Part shown: positions 1-10,000 of the stretch, piece after piece | Numbering within the stretch: position 1 is the stretch's first letter | Layout: each line of letters begins with the position of its first letter | Origin: Phyllobacteriaceae bacterium | Lineage (GTDB): Bacteria; Pseudomonadota; Alphaproteobacteria; Rhizobiales; Rhizobiaceae | Assembly (NCBI GenBank): GCA_031423755.1 | Contig: JANPGC010000174.1 | Location: forward strand, 1 to 62,426 | Direction of reading: 5' to 3' | Length of the DNA: 62,426 bases | The notes under the pieces: generated by a model | What the model was told of the DNA's origin: nothing | Seen by the model: the letters and a program-made list of their open reading frames with translations, nothing else | Database searches by the model: none | Translations under genes and position numbers: made by a program

Positions 1-325
1 CTTGCAGGCCGGCCACGCGCTTCTCGGTGAGGCCAATGCCCGAAGTGATCAGGTTTGTGTAGAGCCCGGCTTCGGCCGCGCCTCTTGTGAGATCTTCCAA
101 ATCCCGGCGCGAGGCAGGTTCGCCGCCGGACAGATGCAGATGCAACACACCGAGCGCTGCGGCCTGCTGAAAGACGTATATCCACTCAGCCGTGGTGAGC
201 TCGTCCGCGTGGGATTTCAGCTCCATCGGGTTGGAGCAATAGGGGCACGCCAGCGGGCAGCGATGGGTCAGTTCGGCAAGCAGCGAATCGGGCAGCGGCA
301 GGCGCGACGCGGCGGAGGCATTCAT
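1..325 (-). CDS. pqqE: PqqE, PQQ biosynthesis radical-SAM protein (N-terminal 108 codons only; gene runs off left edge)
   Basis: Minus-strand translation from ATG at 325 gives [33 protein letters not shown]..., with the CxxxCxxC radical-SAM motif. ATGA overlap with the pqqD stop. Position after pqqABCD. Absent from the ORF track because there is no stop in the window. Confidence 0.9.
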   Translation of the reverse strand, partial: MNASAASRLPLPDSLLAELTHRCPLACPYCSNPMELKSHADELTTAEWIYVFQQAAALGVLHLHLSGGEPASRRDLEDLTRGAAEAGLYTNLITSGIGLTEKRVAGLQ

Positions 326-609
326 GGCCCGATCTCCAGCATGCGCCGATCCGAGAGGTCCAGCAGAAATTTTACGACATCCGTTCTGATCAGCTCCGGG
401 TCTGCCGCGTATTTCGCTGCGAGAGAGGCGACAATCGCATCAAGTGTATTGGCTCCGTCAATCTCGCCCAGAATGGCTACGGCAATCGGGTCCACCACGA
501 CGGCCCGCTCAGGTGCAAGCAGCACCATGCGACCGCGTACCTTGTCCTCTTTAAGCCGGACGCCAGTGGGAAGATGCACAACAGAGCCGCCCGATATCTT
601 AACGCTCAT
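322..609 (-). CDS. pqqD: PqqD, PQQ biosynthesis peptide chaperone
   Basis: 95-aa ORF of PqqD size and sequence type. ATGA overlaps with both the pqqC stop and the pqqE start. Conserved pqq gene order. Confidence 0.9.
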   Translation of the reverse strand: MSVKISGGSVVHLPTGVRLKEDKVRGRMVLLAPERAVVVDPIAVAILGEIDGANTLDAIVASLAAKYAADPELIRTDVVKFLLDLSDRRMLEIGP

Positions 610-1358
610 GATGCAGCGCCCTTCATCAAGCCATCGCTGCCGTTCCAGCTGCCGGGCGGGATGCGGCCGGGCTCCACATAGGCTGAATGCAGCGCGTCAA
701 TCTGCGCCCACAAGACGTCCGTCTTGAACGTCAGGGCTGCTGCAGCTGCGTCCTGCCGCTCCTCATTGTCTGCCCGATCCAGCACCCATGACAGGCCGAA
801 CGCGACGTCCTTCGGTGCTTCGCGCAGACGGGTTTTGAAATAGGCCAGCGATTGTTCATTGGCGAAATCATAATGCTGCAACAGGCCTTCAATGCGCTCG
901 GCATGGATGTTGGCGGCGAAAAGCTCGGTGAGCGAGGAGGCCACCGCCTCCAGAAGGCTCTTCTCTCGGACAAAGTGCACATAGGCATCCACCGCAAAGC
1001 GCGTGGCGGGCAGGACGCCGCCGCAGGAGGCGACGTAGGCCGGGTCGAGCCCGACCGCTTCCGCCAGCTTGAGCCAGCGCCTGATGCCGCCGCCTTCGCT
1101 AATCCCCCCGTCATGATCCTCGATGCGCGAGCGCCAGACGCGGCGCAGGTCCGCATCCTCGCAGCGCGAGAGAATGCCAGCGTCCTTGAGCGGTATCCGG
1201 CTCTGGTAATAATAGCGGTTGATGACCCATGCGCGCACCTGGGTTGGGGTGCACTTGCCGCCATGCAGCAATTTGTGAAACGGATGCTTGTCGTGATAGC
1301 GCGCCGCGCCGATGGAGCGCAGCCGCTCTTCAAACCGATCGCGGGAAAGCGCGGTCAC
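606..1358 (-). CDS. pqqC: PqqC, pyrroloquinoline-quinone synthase
   Basis: 250 aa with typical PqqC segments (RYHDKHPFHKLLHGG, WVINRYYYQ). GTG start overlapping the pqqB stop (GTGA). Confidence 0.95.
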   Translation of the reverse strand: MTALSRDRFEERLRSIGAARYHDKHPFHKLLHGGKCTPTQVRAWVINRYYYQSRIPLKDAGILSRCEDADLRRVWRSRIEDHDGGISEGGGIRRWLKLAEAVGLDPAYVASCGGVLPATRFAVDAYVHFVREKSLLEAVASSLTELFAANIHAERIEGLLQHYDFANEQSLAYFKTRLREAPKDVAFGLSWVLDRADNEERQDAAAAALTFKTDVLWAQIDALHSAYVEPGRIPPGSWNGSDGLMKGAAS

Positions 1359-2251
1359 AGCGTGATCTCCATGCCGTCATGGCCGATTTCCCAGCCGCAG
1401 TCTTGCGCATGCGACCGCTCAGCGCTGTCCGGCAGCCAGACCGGGTTTGTGTTGTTCATGTGGACATAGATTTTGCGCACATGGTCGTAGGGCTTGAATG
1501 TTTCCAGCGAGCCGCCTGCCCCGCTCATCGGCATATGGCCCATGCGCCGCCCGGTTTTCTGGCCAAGTCCCGCTATGATCATTTCATCATCGGCATAAAG
1601 CGTTCCGTCAAAGAACAGCAGGTCAGCGTCGCCGATTTTGGCGTCAATCACGTCAGTCATCGCCGCGCATCCCGGAATGTAGACAAGCCTTGCGCCGTTC
1701 GCCTCATATTCAACGCCAACCGTCTGTTCGCCGAGCATCTGTGTGTCAACCGTGCCGCTTTCCATGAACAGCGGCACTTTGCCGGGCACCGCAAAAAGCC
1801 GCGCCCGTGATGTCCTGTTCAGCTCGAACCACTCGTCCAACTTGCACATCCTTCGCTCTACCAGCGCGTTGTCCATGGTGAGGAACACGGGATTGGCCCG
1901 CAGCACCGCGTCAATCGCCTCGGTCAGATAGATGGTGAACGGCTGTTTTTCGCGCAGCGTCAACAGGCCGCCGATATGATCGATGTCGCCGTTGGTGATG
2001 ATGAGCGAGTGCAGCGGCGAGCTTCTCGGGCCGGTGGGCCACATCTGCGCGTTTGCTGCCAGTTGCGCGCGGATATCCGGCGATGCGTTCAGGACGGTCC
2101 AATGTGCGCCGTCAGCGGTAACAGCCAGCGAAGATTGGGTTTGCGTCGCGATCACGCCCTTGCGTGCCGACTCGCAGTTTGCGCAGCCGCAATTCCACTG
2201 TGGCAATCCGCCACCTGCGGCAGCGCCAAGAACAAGGGCGCGCATTCGCAT
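1355..2251 (-). CDS. pqqB: PqqB, PQQ biosynthesis MBL-fold protein
   Basis: 298 aa. The N-terminus LGAAAGGGLPQWNCGC is characteristic of PqqB. Lies between pqqA and pqqC. Confidence 0.9.
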   Translation of the reverse strand: MRMRALVLGAAAGGGLPQWNCGCANCESARKGVIATQTQSSLAVTADGAHWTVLNASPDIRAQLAANAQMWPTGPRSSPLHSLIITNGDIDHIGGLLTLREKQPFTIYLTEAIDAVLRANPVFLTMDNALVERRMCKLDEWFELNRTSRARLFAVPGKVPLFMESGTVDTQMLGEQTVGVEYEANGARLVYIPGCAAMTDVIDAKIGDADLLFFDGTLYADDEMIIAGLGQKTGRRMGHMPMSGAGGSLETFKPYDHVRKIYVHMNNTNPVWLPDSAERSHAQDCGWEIGHDGMEITL

Positions 2252-2279
2252 CGAGAAACGCGCCCCTGATTGCTGTTAA

Positions 2280-2375
2280 TCAGAACTGAACCGGATCAGT
2301 GCCGTCAGCCGGCGCATAGCGGTTGATTTCCATGCCGCAGCTGATTTCGAGAATTTTTGGTGCAGACCAAGCCAT
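2280..2375 (-). CDS. pqqA: PqqA, PQQ precursor peptide (31 aa)
   Basis: Manual translation gives MAWSAPKILEISCGMEINRYAPADGTDPVQF*, with the E-x3-Y precursor motif (EINRY). Located 28 nt upstream of pqqB. Too short for the ORF track. Confidence 0.85.
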   Translation of the reverse strand: MAWSAPKILEISCGMEINRYAPADGTDPVQF

Positions 2376-2549
2376 GACTTCCTCCATTGACCGTTAAATC
2401 CGGCATCAAACGGGAAAAGAACCCGAAATTTCGCTGGATCAGGAAAATGAAGAAATCACAGTTATCGGGGGGCGGCAATTGCACTTAGGTGCATAGGCTG
2501 GCGGTTGGCATCAGCGCGGAAGTTTGTCAGGACAAGGCACGCTGGCGGC

Positions 2550-3752
2550 TTAAACCCGCTCGAGTACAATGGCGATGCCCTGCCCGACGCCGATGCACAT
2601 GGTGGCGAGGCCGTATTTCGCGCCGGACAGCTGCATCTCGATCGCTGCGGTCCCCGTAATGCGCGCCCCGCTCATGCCAAGCGGATGGCCGAGCGCAATG
2701 GCCCCGCCGTTGCGGTTCACACGTTCATCATAATCAGCAATTCCAAGATCGCGCAATGTGGCAAGACCTTGGCTGGCGAATGCCTCGTTGAGTTCGATCA
2801 CGCCGATAGCATCCATGTTCAAATTGAGACGTGTCATCAGCTTTCTCGTCGCGGGGGCCGGGCCAAAGCCCATGATGCGCGGTGCAACGCCTGTTGCCGC
2901 ACCACCAAGAATGCGGGCAATCGGGGTCAGCCCATGGCGCTTTGCCGCCGCTTCCGAGGCGATGATCAAGGCTGCGGCACCATCATTGACACCGGACGAA
3001 TTGCCGGCGGTCACCGACCCGCCTGCGCGGAATGGCGCTTTCAGTTTGGCCAGCGCTTCAATGCTTGTCGCACGCGGATGCTCATCTTTGTCGACTACGG
3101 TCACTTCGCCCTTGCGCTGCGCAATCGAAACCGGTGTTATTTCCTGCGCCAGACGGCCGTTCTCCTGCGCCTTTGCCGCAGCGTTCTGGCTGCGAACGGC
3201 AAACGCATCCTGATCAGAGCGGCTGATGTTGAAATCCGCCGCGACATTCTCGGCGGTTTCCGGCATCGAGTCGACGCCATACATCTCGCGCATTAATGGA
3301 TTGACGAAGCGCCAGCCGATTGTTGTGTCGTAGATTTCGGCAGCACGCGAAAACGCCGCCTCAGCTTTGGGCATAACGAATGGCGCGCGGCTCATGCTCT
3401 CGACACCACCGGCAATCATCAATTCCGCCTCGCCGGATTTGATCACCCGCGCCGCGTCGATGACCGCATTCATGCCCGAACCGCACAAGCGGTTGACTGT
3501 TGCGCCGGGCACTTCCTTGGGAAAACCTGCCAGCAAAAGGCTCATCCGCGCGATATTGCGATTGTCCTCGCCCGCCTGGTTGGCACAACCGAAGATCACG
3601 TCATCAATGGCACCAAAATCCATCGATGGATTGCGGCCTATTAGCGCCTTCAGCGGCACAGCACCGAGATCATCCGCCCGGACAGAAGACAGCGTACCGC
3701 CAAACCGTCCGATTGGCGTGCGGATGTAATCACAGATAAACGCCTCAACCAT
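2550..3752 (-). CDS. pcaF: 3-oxoadipyl-CoA thiolase / acetyl-CoA C-acyltransferase
   Basis: 400 aa. The thiolase N-terminus MVEAFICDYIRTPIGRFGG...ADDLGA is typical of PcaF/PaaJ. Last gene of the hydroxyquinol/3-oxoadipate operon; overlaps the CoA-transferase B stop. Confidence 0.85.
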   Translation of the reverse strand: MVEAFICDYIRTPIGRFGGTLSSVRADDLGAVPLKALIGRNPSMDFGAIDDVIFGCANQAGEDNRNIARMSLLLAGFPKEVPGATVNRLCGSGMNAVIDAARVIKSGEAELMIAGGVESMSRAPFVMPKAEAAFSRAAEIYDTTIGWRFVNPLMREMYGVDSMPETAENVAADFNISRSDQDAFAVRSQNAAAKAQENGRLAQEITPVSIAQRKGEVTVVDKDEHPRATSIEALAKLKAPFRAGGSVTAGNSSGVNDGAAALIIASEAAAKRHGLTPIARILGGAATGVAPRIMGFGPAPATRKLMTRLNLNMDAIGVIELNEAFASQGLATLRDLGIADYDERVNRNGGAIALGHPLGMSGARITGTAAIEMQLSGAKYGLATMCIGVGQGIAIVLERV

Positions 3753-4533
3753 CGGCAGCCACCTTCGCTCCGCTGTGGGCCGCCCTCGTCCGGGCCTGCA
3801 AGTCCCGAAGCGTTGTCAGTTCCAAAGCCGTTGGCGCTGGCGTCACATCCAACGCATCAGCAAATTTGACCACCCAGCCGCAACTCGCCTGCACGTCTTC
3901 ACGGCTTACGCCCGGGTGCAGCGAAACAACGATAAACTCCTTGGTCACCGGATCCGGTTTCCAGATGGCCAGATCCGTGATCAGCAGCGTCGGACCTTTG
4001 GTTGTCATGCCGAGGCGCTTTCGATGGTCGCCGCCCGTCCCGTGTCCGAACGAGGTGAAGAAGTCGATGGTCTCGACCATGCCGCGCTTCGACTGTGCCA
4101 TGGTGATGTAAATCTCCTGCGCCGATGACGCGATCTCCGGTGCGCCGCCACCTCCGGGAAGCCGGGTTTTCGGCTTGGCATAGTCGCCGATCACCGTGGT
4201 GTTGATGTTGCCGAACTTGTCCAACTGCGCAGCGCCAAGAAAGCCGATGGTGACATGGCCGCCTTGCAGCCAGTAGCGGAACATTTCCGGGACACTGACC
4301 GTGGTGAGCGCCGTGTCGCAAAGCTCTCCGTCGCCAATTGACAGTGGCAGGACATCAGGTGCGGTGCCAAGCGTGCCGCTCTCGTAGATCAGCGTGATGT
4401 CCGGCGCATGGGTGAGGCGCGCGACATTACAGGCAGCCGATGGCGCGCCGATGCCGACAAAGCAAACGTCGCTGGATTTCAGCACACGCGATGCGGCAAT
4501 TGTCATCATTTCATTGGGTGTGAACTCACTCAT
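3745..4533 (-). CDS. pcaJ: CoA-transferase subunit B (GctB-like); probable 3-oxoadipate:succinyl-CoA transferase beta
   Basis: Start trimmed to ATG 4533 (MSEFTPNEMMTIAASR...), which forms an ATGA overlap with the subunit A stop. Contains the ESG catalytic-Glu motif (LIYESGTLG). Context lies between the thiolase and ring-cleavage genes. Confidence 0.75.
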   Translation of the reverse strand: MSEFTPNEMMTIAASRVLKSSDVCFVGIGAPSAACNVARLTHAPDITLIYESGTLGTAPDVLPLSIGDGELCDTALTTVSVPEMFRYWLQGGHVTIGFLGAAQLDKFGNINTTVIGDYAKPKTRLPGGGGAPEIASSAQEIYITMAQSKRGMVETIDFFTSFGHGTGGDHRKRLGMTTKGPTLLITDLAIWKPDPVTKEFIVVSLHPGVSREDVQASCGWVVKFADALDVTPAPTALELTTLRDLQARTRAAHSGAKVAADG

Positions 4534-5387
4534 CGCGCAATCCTCAAAGGCGCAACGCGCGATGCAAATGCATCGGCATCTGACTGCATGACATTGGTCT
4601 CCATCCACGCAAGAAAGCTCTCCCGCTCGGCGGCGATCTTGTCCCATTCGAGATATGCCGCGTTGTCGCGCGCATAGTAGCCGTGCGTATAGGACGGATG
4701 CGCTCCGCCCGGCACAACAGCAATCGCCTCAGGAATGAAATGTGGAAGAATGGTCAGGTTCGGATGCAGGTCATCAAAGTTCTCGACCACCTCTTCCACC
4801 GTCACGACACATCGTTTTGCGGCCAGCGCCGCTTCCTTCTGAATGCCGATGATGCCTTCGATCAGGATATCGCCGCGCTTTGTGGCCTTCTGCGCGTGGA
4901 TGAACGTCACGTCCGGGCGCAGCGCCGGGACTGCTGACAGCACTTCGCCGGTGAAGGGGCAGGCGACACTTTTGATGTTTGCGTTGACAGCGGGAAGTCC
5001 CGCGCCAAGATAGCCGCGGAACACGGCGAACGGCATGCCGGCCGCGCCCGCCTCCCATGCATTGGCCATCGCCGAATGGCTGTGCTCTTCGATCTTGATG
5101 GCATGCGGATGATTATTTTCTATGGCGTCTCGCATGCGGCGCAGAAGACCAACGCCCGGGTTTCCGGCATAAGAAAACACGACCTTTTTCGCCATGCCCA
5201 TGCCGACCATCTGATCGTAGATGAGATCCGGCGTCATGCGGATCAGCGTCAGGTCACGAAAGCCCTGGCGGATGGCTTCATGGGCTGCCGCAGTCGGAAT
5301 GAGATGCGTGAACCCTTCAAAGGCCACGCTGTCGCCATTGTTGAGATTTTGCCGGACAGCCTCTGCCAGGCTCATGAATTTGCTCAT
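4530..5387 (-). CDS. pcaI: CoA-transferase subunit A (GctA-like); probable 3-oxoadipate:succinyl-CoA transferase alpha
   Basis: The ORF-track start at 5405 is GTG. The ATG at 5387 (MSKFMSLAEAV...) has an AGGA RBS 8 nt upstream. Family recognised from sequence, function inferred from context. Confidence 0.75.
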   Translation of the reverse strand: MSKFMSLAEAVRQNLNNGDSVAFEGFTHLIPTAAAHEAIRQGFRDLTLIRMTPDLIYDQMVGMGMAKKVVFSYAGNPGVGLLRRMRDAIENNHPHAIKIEEHSHSAMANAWEAGAAGMPFAVFRGYLGAGLPAVNANIKSVACPFTGEVLSAVPALRPDVTFIHAQKATKRGDILIEGIIGIQKEAALAAKRCVVTVEEVVENFDDLHPNLTILPHFIPEAIAVVPGGAHPSYTHGYYARDNAAYLEWDKIAAERESFLAWMETNVMQSDADAFASRVAPLRIAR

Positions 5388-5401
5388 CGAATCGTCCTGC
5401 T

Positions 5402-6292
5402 TCACTCGGCCTTGGCCAGACGGAAATCCCAGTCCACTGACCAGAACGGCCCGTCAAAACCCGCCTTGGCTGCGGCATCGGGATCAGTATTGTGTTTGAA
5501 ATCACCGACAAGGCTTTCCTTCACGCCAAACACCGCATCGACCTCCAGATACGGACAGTCCGGAGGGAAAACATGGGTAATGACGGTCTCAAAGCCTTCT
5601 GCTTTGACAATGAAATGGATATGCGCGGCACGGTTGATACCCCGGCCCATCGCCGCAAGCATTTCGCCAACAGGGCCGTCGCCGGGGATGGGATAGAAGC
5701 GTGGCTTGACCGAGCGGAACCAAAAGTTCCCGTCTGCGTCCGATTTGAAAATACCACGCAGGTTCATGTCAGGCTGAACATCTTTTTGTTGAACGTCATA
5801 GAACCCGTCGTCGTTGGTTTGCCAGGCATCAACCGTCGCACCGGCAATCGGTTTTCCATGCGTGTCCAGTACACGGCCGCGCACGATCAGCGGCTCGCCT
5901 TTGCCGTCCAGACAGATGTTTGCACCGTTCTCCCGGTGCGGCGGGTTCTCGACATAGAACGGTCCGAGAATGGTGTTCTCTGTCGCCTCCGAGCCGTGAT
6001 CATTGTTGATGGCATCGACCAGCATCGTCACGCCGATGGTGTCGGACAAGAGAATAAACTCCTGCCGCCAGTCGTTGCACATCTGGCCCGTGCGGGTCAG
6101 GAACTGGATCGCCTGCAGCCACTCTTCATGGCTCGGCCTGATTTCCTTGACCGCCGCATGCAGATGGCGGATGACCGCGCTCATCACCTCGCGCGTGCGC
6201 GGCGCGACATCCTCGCCCATGCGGGCAATGACCACGTCAGCGGAGGTTTCTTCCTCAAAGTACGGATATTTGGTCCAGGTTCGTTTTGCCAT
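5402..6292 (-). CDS. Intradiol ring-cleavage dioxygenase, hydroxyquinol 1,2-dioxygenase type
   Basis: 296 aa. Intradiol dioxygenase core (GRVLD..G.P..GA.VD.WQ....G.Y...; RAAHIHF) with a catechol-dioxygenase N-terminal domain. GAGGAG RBS. Co-operonic with maleylacetate reductase, and no muconate cycloisomerase is present, which favours hydroxyquinol over catechol. Confidence 0.8.
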   Translation of the reverse strand: MAKRTWTKYPYFEEETSADVVIARMGEDVAPRTREVMSAVIRHLHAAVKEIRPSHEEWLQAIQFLTRTGQMCNDWRQEFILLSDTIGVTMLVDAINNDHGSEATENTILGPFYVENPPHRENGANICLDGKGEPLIVRGRVLDTHGKPIAGATVDAWQTNDDGFYDVQQKDVQPDMNLRGIFKSDADGNFWFRSVKPRFYPIPGDGPVGEMLAAMGRGINRAAHIHFIVKAEGFETVITHVFPPDCPYLEVDAVFGVKESLVGDFKHNTDPDAAAKAGFDGPFWSVDWDFRLAKAE

Positions 6293-6304
6293 GATCTGCG
6301 CTCC

Positions 6305-8059
6305 TCACCGTGCCAGAATTAATGTCAGAACGTGGCGCAGATCGTTCGTTTCGTCTCCGGTACCCGTCTTGCTGCGCCATCCAACATGCTGGTCCGGGCG
6401 GACGAGCACGCAGCCGCTGTCGGCAATTTCCCGTGCGCGCGCCCAATCGCCGGTGTGATCTTCATAATCGCGGCGCGGTCCGATCACGGTGGCAACAAGA
6501 TCAATTTTCAACTCAGCTGCAATCGCCTGCGCTGCCTTGACCCAGGCCTCACCGCCGATGCCGGTGAGCAAGGTGAAGCGCCCCTTGCCGGTGATATCCA
6601 GTGTCGAATGCTGCTTGCCGGATTTGTCGAACACCCAGACATGCGGCAACCGCGCGCCGGCCCATGTTGTCGGCGCATAATGCAGTTCCTTGTCTTTCGA
6701 GAACGCCGGCTCGGGCTCGCCATCCGTGATCGCAGCGCTTGAGGTGTAACGCTGGTTCATCTCTACGCCGTGGCAATCGAATTCGTACTTTTTGAATTCG
6801 ATAGCCTTGCGCAAGGCCTCGCGCTGCTTCTCAGCCGCCGGAGTCGCATCGCAGCGCGCATCCATGTTGCGCTGGATTTTCTCGTGATCAACGCCGCCAT
6901 CCATGCCGAGCGCCTCGAAGATCGGACCGAACTCACCGATGGATTGGTTGGCGCGCGTGACGATCTGCTTGGCAATCGGAGCGCGCTCGGCAGTGTAGCT
7001 GTCGAGCAGCTTTTCCCCTGCCTGACCCTTCACCACCATGGCCAGTTTCCAGGCGAGGTTGAACCCATCCTGAATGGAGGTGTTGGAGCCAAGGCCGTTC
7101 GACGGCGGGTGGCGGTGCGCGGCATCGCCCATCACGAACACACGCCGGTTCTGCATGTTGGTGGCGTAACAGTTGTTGACTGTCCAGGTGTTGGCAGAGA
7201 TGAGATCAATCTCAAGTTCGGGATCGCCGACCAACTGCCGGGCAACCTGCGTTGCCATGGCAGCGTCAACTTCCGGCGCCGGCTGGTTGATGTCATAGCC
7301 CCAGACAATCAGCCACTCGTTCCACGGCCGGATCATCCGTACGAGGCCCATGCCGATGCCGCCGACATCTGCGCCGGGCTGCATCACCCAATAGAGCACC
7401 GACGGGCGGTGCGCGACATAGCGCGACAGGTCGGCGCGGAACAGGATGTTCATCGATCCGCCGACGCCCATCTTGCCCTCGAGCGGAATGCCCGCATGGT
7501 CGGCGACAAGCGAATTGCCGCCGTCGGCGCCGATGAGATAGTCAGACCGGATCGTGATGTGCTTGCCGGTCAGCCGGTCAAGACATGTGGTCGTCACGCC
7601 GGTTTCGTCCTGGACGTGACTGACATATTCCGTGCTCATGCGCGCCTGCGTCCCGCGCGAGCAGGCGGTCTTGAACAGGATGGGCTCCATGAATGTCTGC
7701 GGCAGGTCATTCATCATGGTGGGAGAGGACAATTGGTGCTCGGCGCGGCTGAGCGGGTGCTTGCCCCAGCTTTTCATGCGGCCGATTTCTTCACCCGCAA
7801 GGCTTTCGCAGAACACGTTCTCGCCCATCAGGTCTTGTTCGGCTGCGTGCATGTAGGCTTCGGCCTCAACATTTTTGCCAAGGTCGCGCAGGACCTCCAT
7901 GGTGCGCTGGTTGGTGATGTGGGCGCGCGGCGTGTTGGCAAGCCAGCGGTAGCGGTTCACGACCATGTTTTCGACACCATAGGTCGAAAGAAGCGCGGCT
8001 GTGGACGAACCGGCGGGGCCGGTCCCGATGATCAGCACTTTGGTTGTGATATCAGCCAT
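6305..8059 (-). CDS. FAD-dependent aromatic monooxygenase (PheA/TfdB phenol-hydroxylase family)
   Basis: 584 aa. N-terminal GxGxxG fold (VLIIGTGPAGSS), a DAAH motif (MGDAAHRHPPSNGLG) and a C-terminal thioredoxin-like domain length typical of single-component phenol/resorcinol hydroxylases. Confidence 0.8.
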   Translation of the reverse strand: MADITTKVLIIGTGPAGSSTAALLSTYGVENMVVNRYRWLANTPRAHITNQRTMEVLRDLGKNVEAEAYMHAAEQDLMGENVFCESLAGEEIGRMKSWGKHPLSRAEHQLSSPTMMNDLPQTFMEPILFKTACSRGTQARMSTEYVSHVQDETGVTTTCLDRLTGKHITIRSDYLIGADGGNSLVADHAGIPLEGKMGVGGSMNILFRADLSRYVAHRPSVLYWVMQPGADVGGIGMGLVRMIRPWNEWLIVWGYDINQPAPEVDAAMATQVARQLVGDPELEIDLISANTWTVNNCYATNMQNRRVFVMGDAAHRHPPSNGLGSNTSIQDGFNLAWKLAMVVKGQAGEKLLDSYTAERAPIAKQIVTRANQSIGEFGPIFEALGMDGGVDHEKIQRNMDARCDATPAAEKQREALRKAIEFKKYEFDCHGVEMNQRYTSSAAITDGEPEPAFSKDKELHYAPTTWAGARLPHVWVFDKSGKQHSTLDITGKGRFTLLTGIGGEAWVKAAQAIAAELKIDLVATVIGPRRDYEDHTGDWARAREIADSGCVLVRPDQHVGWRSKTGTGDETNDLRHVLTLILAR

Positions 8060-9137
8060 TTTTGTCTCCGGTTTTCGCTTTGGTGATGAGACGGCGCTGC
8101 AACGGAAAGAGTTGCCAGCCGGTCCGTTTGGAAATCAGGCCCCAGATACCATTCGGGGCAAAGAGCATGGTCAGGATGCCGAGAATCCCGAGCGCCATCA
8201 AATACCAGCTGCCATAGTCGGCAAACAGGCTCTGTAGAATGTAGAACAGGATGATGCCGACAATCGGCCCTTCAATGGTGCCGATGCCGCCGATGACGAC
8301 GATGAAAATCACATAGGCAGTCCAGTCCTGCACACTGAACGCAGCGTCCGGCGAGATGCGCGCTTTTTGCACGTAGATCAACGCTCCGGTCAGGCCGGTG
8401 CCGAATGCAGCCGTCAGGTAGACAAACCAGCGCATCGCCCGTGCATCAACGCCAACTGATCTGGCAGCCTCCATATTGTCGCGCACTGCTGAAAGCGCGA
8501 GGCCGCGTTTGGTGCGCAGCAGCCAGTAGATGCCGGCTATTGTTCCCGCCGCCAAAACCAGTGCCAGCCAATAGGCCAGAATATCGCGTGCCGCCGCATC
8601 GCGGACACTGAACAGATCGCCGATTGCGCGGGTAAACATCATGTCGCTTGTGGCACTGCGAGGCAGCGATGTTCCGGTGCCGCCGCCGAGTGTCTTCCAT
8701 TGCGCAACAAGGAGCCGCACGACTTCGGCGATCACCCATGTACCGATAGCGAAATAGGCACCCTGCAGCCGGAAGGCGAAGAACCCGGTCGGGATGGCAA
8801 GGAGCAGTGCCGCAATACCGCCCGCCAATATCGCCGGAACGGGATCGAGGCCGAGCAGGATAACGCAAGCAAACATCGCATAGGCACCAAGACCGACAAA
8901 TGCCTGCTGCCCGACCGAAACCAGCCCGCCGAAGCCGGCCAGCAGGTTCCATAGCTGTGCCAGCGTCAGCATGGTGAGAATGAAGAACATGTCCTGGATC
9001 ACGCTTCGCCCGACAAACGCGGGCAGGGCAATGCCGATCACCAGTAGGATGAGCGAAACAACGAGAGCAACGCTCGAAACCTTGGTGCGGGTTTCAACGC
9101 GGTACTTGTTTCCGAAGTTTTGAGAAAGTGCGCTCAT
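8052..9137 (-). CDS. Branched-chain-type ABC transporter permease (LivM-like)
   Basis: Polytopic membrane protein of the LivM family. Start trimmed to ATG 9137 (MSALSQNFG...), giving an ATGA overlap with the LivH-like stop. Confidence 0.85.
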   Translation of the reverse strand: MSALSQNFGNKYRVETRTKVSSVALVVSLILLVIGIALPAFVGRSVIQDMFFILTMLTLAQLWNLLAGFGGLVSVGQQAFVGLGAYAMFACVILLGLDPVPAILAGGIAALLLAIPTGFFAFRLQGAYFAIGTWVIAEVVRLLVAQWKTLGGGTGTSLPRSATSDMMFTRAIGDLFSVRDAAARDILAYWLALVLAAGTIAGIYWLLRTKRGLALSAVRDNMEAARSVGVDARAMRWFVYLTAAFGTGLTGALIYVQKARISPDAAFSVQDWTAYVIFIVVIGGIGTIEGPIVGIILFYILQSLFADYGSWYLMALGILGILTMLFAPNGIWGLISKRTGWQLFPLQRRLITKAKTGDKNG

Positions 9138-10000
9138 CAGTCGTAAGCCCTCGGGAAAAGGCCGCGCGGACGCACGATAAGGACGATCAGGAACGCGATA
9201 TGCCCTGACAAAATCTGCCATTCCGGATTGATCGATGCGCCAAGCGTTTGCGCCACGCCGATGATGATGCCGCCTGCCAAAGTGCCCCAAAGGCTGCCAA
9301 GCCCGCCGATAATGACCGCTTCAAATGCATATATCAGACGGGCCGGACCGATGGACGGGTCAAAATTGGCGCGCATGCCGAGATACAGGGCGGCGAGTGT
9401 CACGACCAGCATCGCTATGGCAGTGGCCTGCGAGAAGATGGTCTGCGGCCTGATGCCCATGAGGCGGGCAGTCACCGGATCGTCCGAAGTGGCGCGAAAG
9501 GCGCGGCCCAGCGATGTGCGATAAAAAACCTGATTGAGCGCGACGATCACAAGAATGGCCGAGGCAAATGTCAAAAGCGGCAGGATGCCGACCGTGACGC
9601 CGCCAAGATTGACCGATGCGGTTTCAAGCGCCCCGCCGGGGAGTTTCCGGCTGTCGGCGGTAAAGCTCTGCAACAGCAGATTCTGAAGGGCAATCGAAAG
9701 TCCGAATGTAACCAACAATGGCGGCAAGATATCCTTGCCGAGCGTGCGGTTGAGAACAAAATGCTGCAACGCAAATCCGAGGCCGAACATCAAGGGTGCC
9801 GCGATCAGTACGGCCAGAAACGGATCAATTCCAAGCACTGTGACGAACAGCAAAATCAGATAGGCACCCATCACAATGAGGTCGCCATGTGCCAAGTTGA
9901 CCAGCCGCATGATGCCGAAGGTCAGTGACAGGCCGGCAGCGAAAAGCGCGTAGAGACCACCCAGCAAAACCCCTTGGACGATGGTGTCGATGACCGTCAT
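9137..10000 (-). CDS. Branched-chain-type ABC transporter permease (LivH-like)
   Basis: 287-aa hydrophobic LivH-type sequence. ATGA overlap with the upstream ATPase gene. Confidence 0.9.
   Translation of the reverse strand: MTVIDTIVQGVLLGGLYALFAAGLSLTFGIMRLVNLAHGDLIVMGAYLILLFVTVLGIDPFLAVLIAAPLMFGLGFALQHFVLNRTLGKDILPPLLVTFGLSIALQNLLLQSFTADSRKLPGGALETASVNLGGVTVGILPLLTFASAILVIVALNQVFYRTSLGRAFRATSDDPVTARLMGIRPQTIFSQATAIAMLVVTLAALYLGMRANFDPSIGPARLIYAFEAVIIGGLGSLWGTLAGGIIIGVAQTLGASINPEWQILSGHIAFLIVLIVRPRGLFPRAYD

Noticed and set aside
2-727. 241-aa plus-strand ORF at the left edge
   Set aside because: Antisense to pqqE/pqqD/pqqC, which form a conserved, overlapping operon on the minus strand.
6770-8086. 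438-aa plus-strand ORF
   Set aside because: Lies entirely antisense to the well-supported FAD monooxygenase gene. Arg/Ala/Gly-rich composition is typical of shadow ORFs in high-GC DNA. No RBS and no recognisable family.
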